Of a stretch of 64,000 bases of DNA, positions 59,706-64,000 are shown piece by piece; the first letter of the stretch is position 1, and the number at the start of each line of letters is the position of its first letter. The DNA comes from the human T2T-CHM13v2.0 reference genome, Homo sapiens. The stretch lies in NCBI RefSeq assembly GCF_009914755.1, contig NC_060936.1. The stretch is one strand, 5' to 3'. The notes beneath the pieces were generated by a model, which was not told where the DNA came from, searched no databases, and saw only the letters and a program-made list of their open reading frames with translations. The position numbers were made by a program, and so were the translations under genes.

Positions 59706-59827
59706 CTTTTTTATTGAAGCAAAATCCACATAACATAAAACTAGCCCTTCTAAAGTGTGCAATTAAGTGGCATCTACCTCATTCACAGTGTTATGGAACC
59801 GTCACCTCTATCTAGTTCCAAAACATA
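59706..59827 (-). mobile_element. L1MB 3' end fragment
   Basis: TTTATTGAAG...CACATAACATAAAA...ATTCACAGTGTT...CACCTCTATCTAGTTCCAAAACAT. Confidence 0.75.
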
Positions 59828-61966
59828 AGAAATGTTTAAATTTTCTATAAAGGGAACTTGCAAAAACCCAGGCCTGTCCTATCCTCCTTATTTCGTCACA
59901 TTCCCAGTTTTGTGTCCACCGGTATTCTGTCAGGAATGGTCCCCACGTGTTCCCCCAACAGCCTTCGTCACTGTACAATTCATAGAATCGGATTCAGGGT
60001 TACAATTACAGGTTCGAAAACCAAAAACATCCCAGTTCTTTAGTTCTTCCTCTAGGAATTGCACAGTTGCAATAGACAAGCCAGTATAGGTGACTGTTTT
60101 AAAAATTCTACACATACTATGTCATTTATCAGCAAAGAAATGAATAAATTGTTTTAATTTAAATATGGTTACAAAACGGAAATGAACAATGTACTGCACC
60201 AAAGCCCTTCAGTCTTTGATGGGAAATTTAAAGTTATTCCCATCCAGAGTGAAAATTAAAGTTATTTCTAGGTTAGGATGCGAGCCAAGATTTTAAGGGC
60301 ACCATGTCAACTGGTTAGATAACAACTTTGAGGAAAGCAGAACTTAATGTAATAAAAGCAGAAGGTTTACAATCTAAATCCACTTTTTTATTAAAGAATT
60401 TAATCTGCTTTATGGGGTCTTGGCCCAGGGAAGGGTAAAAAAAAAATGCCAAACTGGAGAGGCCGGGGGAGGGGAATGGCTGTAGATGACTCTGGGAAAA
60501 CAGGAGGGAGGGAAACTGAAGCGCGAATGAGGCCGGATCCGCCCTAACAAAGAGGCAGAAACTGTGTCTCAACAGCCACCAAATCCAGTTCAGGGCGGTT
60601 TGAGCCAGTTTCTGAGCTGGATTGAGAACAACAGCCTCGGCAGAGACTTCACTAGGGTGAAAGAGAAAATCCAGCATGGACTTCGCAGAAAGAACTGGAT
60701 TTGGCCTGGACTCGCTGGAGCCTAAAGCTGCTGCCAGTAGTGGCAAAGTCAGATGAAATATAAGGCCTGGAGCGTGGACAGTGGCCTCTTCCAGAAAGAG
60801 AAATCACACAGCACTGTCTCTGTGCCATAATCCAGTCCGCATTTTCTGTCTTGCTGCTCCTAATTGTGGCTGGTAAGGGAAAAAGGGCCTCAGGGTATCA
60901 GTTTTCAGAGAAAGCTGTCTGCAATGTTGGGGGAGGGGAGGATTATGTGTCTCCTGTAGTTTCATGTGTGTGCCTGGTGGTGGGGGGGGGAATGTGCGAG
61001 AGGGTCTGAAGGAGAGGGAACAGCACTTCACACCCTGCAGTTCACACCACCTTTCCAACAGCTTTGCTGTATTGCACAACCTCAAAATACACTGAACATA
61101 GGCGTTGTGGGAGCGCCCCACATACAAGTGGCACTTGTACAAGTCATTATCGGACCTCCTTCAGCCCTATGCATGAAATGGCAGTACCCATACCCAATAC
61201 TGTCAACATTCTCTTTTCATCTGCGTCCAGAAATACATACAAGCCGTACATGCCTTTCTCAACTAAGAGACACAGCAGTATTAGGTAACAATGGAATGAT
61301 AATCCTGTCCTCCGCTCCCCTCCCCCAAGTGCCAGAACCTCCTAAGATCTGATCAGTCCCACCCTGAAATGGCTCCTCTAACACTGTCTAGTAGACTGAA
61401 CTGTGGTCTGCAGCTGTGGAGGCTGTGCACTGCCTGTGGCCAAGTTTGGCTCAGAACCTTCCCGAACCAGTACAGCCCTTCCCCACCAAAAATTCCTAGG
61501 AGTTGTACACAAAGTCCAGGTCGGCCTGGTGGGACACTGTGTGTGTGTGTAAATTCCCTCTCCCCTAAGTGTCCAAAGATGTTTAGAATCTTCCAGAGGC
61601 ACTAAATGCCTCCAGACCCAGGGCTTCTCTGACTGAAGTCAGCCCTGGTGCGAGCTGGGGGGCAGGGCATGGAGCTTACGACTCTCCCATGCACAGGCTC
61701 AATTATAAGCAGGGCTGTAGGTTTCAGAAATATTCCTAAGAGACTGGGGAAGGGAAAAGGAAGAAGATCAGCTGAAAGATGTGAAAATGCTATTTTATTC
61801 CTTTTACCATGGATACATAGATGGAAAATTGGAACACAATCCACTCTACATTATTAATGTGCGAAAATCAAACACACGAAACATGTTGCTGACATTTTCT
61901 ATTTAATGTTTATTACACAAATAAGTAACTCATGAAGCTCTTCTACGTCCATTTCATTAACTATTA

Positions 61967-62640
<674 letters not shown>

Positions 62641-62649
62641 ATACCCGCC

Positions 62650-63700
62650 ACCTCACTGGCAACGGATTATAAACCCTTTTTCAGATCCTACTACGTGTCA
62701 GCCTACTTCCGGCTGGGGGAAGATGGTCATAGCGAGAGGGGAAGAATTGGTTCAGTGATGAGAACATGGTTGGTTCCTGCCTTCAACAAGCTTTCAATCT
62801 AATGCCTGTTTTTTTCAAGGACAATTCAGAACGGTCTGACAAGGGATTTTTTTTTTTCTGCCTTTCGCCCCCAGAGGCACTCTGGGAAAAAGAGTTTAGA
62901 ATTTCCCTGCCATTTCCGTGCTGTGCGGGGAGGAACACTTGAAATCGGGCCTGGCGGGGTACCAGGAGGCAGCACAAGCAGGCGGGGTGGAGAGGGGCAG
63001 GGCGAGGCCCCGGGAGCCGTCACCATGGCAACCCAGTCTGCTTTCCAGAACAATGTCTCTAACCAGGAAAACAGCTCCAGAGAGCTCGCTCTTCATAATC
63101 CCCGTGGCCTGTCGGGTTAGGGAATGCACAAAGGGGAGTCTTTCTCCATAGAGAAATGACTCTTTACAAGGCGGGGAACAAAGGGGAAACATTTGTTGTA
63201 TAGGATCTTTCTTTGTTATCTGGCTGAAATAAAATCAACAAAGTGCAATTACTTAGTTCCTCTCCACTCTTCACAGGAAATGAACGCTGCATTGTTAGGC
63301 AAGGTTCCTTTTTGTGAATAATATTTGCTGTAATTTTTCTTTTATCCCCATTTTATAGATGAGAGATTAGTAAGCATGAATGAACTTGACCTCTGCAAAA
63401 CTGTAATTTGAGAACCAGGGCGTCTTTTAGAAGGCTTTGTGAAGGAGGCCCTGCCTTTGCCGACTTTGTGATAAACCTACCAGATAATGTGAGGAGGGTT
63501 GGTGTCCACGTGCTCGGGGCCTTGGGAGCCACCAGCGCTGGCTGGACTCAGCCGCTGCGCTCTGCTCCCTGCGCTCGCCCCTCCCCCGCACCCGCAAATG
63601 CAGCCAGGAGGAAGAGGCGAGGAGGAATGCAGGAGGCATTCCAGCCCCACCCCCGCAAGCCTCCTCCAGCGAGTTCCGAAACTACTGCTAAGTGGGCTGC
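62650..63700. promoter_or_regulatory. Candidate enhancer or promoter-like element (CpG-retaining, mostly unique DNA)
   Basis: ETS ACTTCCGG 62705-62712; RFX X-box GTCACCATGGCAAC 63019-63032; GC boxes; CpG clusters at ~62900-63120 and ~63500-63680. Confidence 0.55.
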
Positions 63701-64000
63701 AAGGAAGACAGTGAACCAGCTGGTGACTGTACTCCTCCAGGCTTTCACATGATCTACAGCCTGACTACACCCAGCGCATTGAAGGTTGTCCCTTGCTCTC
63801 TCTGAGCTAGGGTGTGACAGCCCTTAAAGATGAGGGTAACATCGCGGTAGTCAGTCCAGGCCTGCAAGACCAGGAACAACAGCAGTTACTGTATGCCTAA
63901 TAACCGACGATTTTCCATCAGTGTCCACACTTACAAATAATGTCATTTTTTAATAGTTATATAAACCAGAAAGGTTAAGAGTTCGGCTACCTCGTGGCAA

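Noticed and set aside
63408-63752. 114-aa ORF in the GC-rich end region
   Set aside because: Non-ATG start, partly MIR-derived, no recognisable homology; such lengths are expected in GC-rich DNA.

Overview
Primate (human-type) intergenic DNA, repeat-dense, with no intact protein-coding gene that I can support. Most ORF-track entries are translated Alu, L1 or ERV sequence. Main contents: (i) about 50 Alu/FLAM copies, several nested; (ii) a very old two-LTR ERVL provirus (8.7-13.6 kb, minus strand) carrying later insertions; (iii) a HERV-W/HERV9-related element at 19.4-24.5 kb built as a processed retrocopy (R-U5...U3-R-poly(A), with a target-site duplication, TSD). It has a tRNA-Pro-like primer site, a pre-gag ORF, an in-frame RT-to-TM deletion fusion, and a triplicated NF-kB/AP-1/CCAAT enhancer pointing into inverted Alus; (iv) an ERVL pol relic and an old L1; (v) a HERV-H provirus that lacks its 5' LTR, keeps env, and abuts an MRPS18C processed pseudogene; (vi) two BC200-derived retrocopies, a U6 pseudogene and a tailless GNAI2 processed pseudogene; (vii) a largely unique, CpG- and motif-rich candidate regulatory region at about 59-64 kb. 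From memory, the MRPS18C plus GNAI2 pseudogene pair fits human 12p13.1 between GRIN2B and ATF7IP; this needs BLAT confirmation. Repeat subfamily names and some boundaries are by eye and approximate. I do not see a proven new system; the best candidate is the 19.4-25.7 kb retrocopy/LTR-enhancer/inverted-Alu module.
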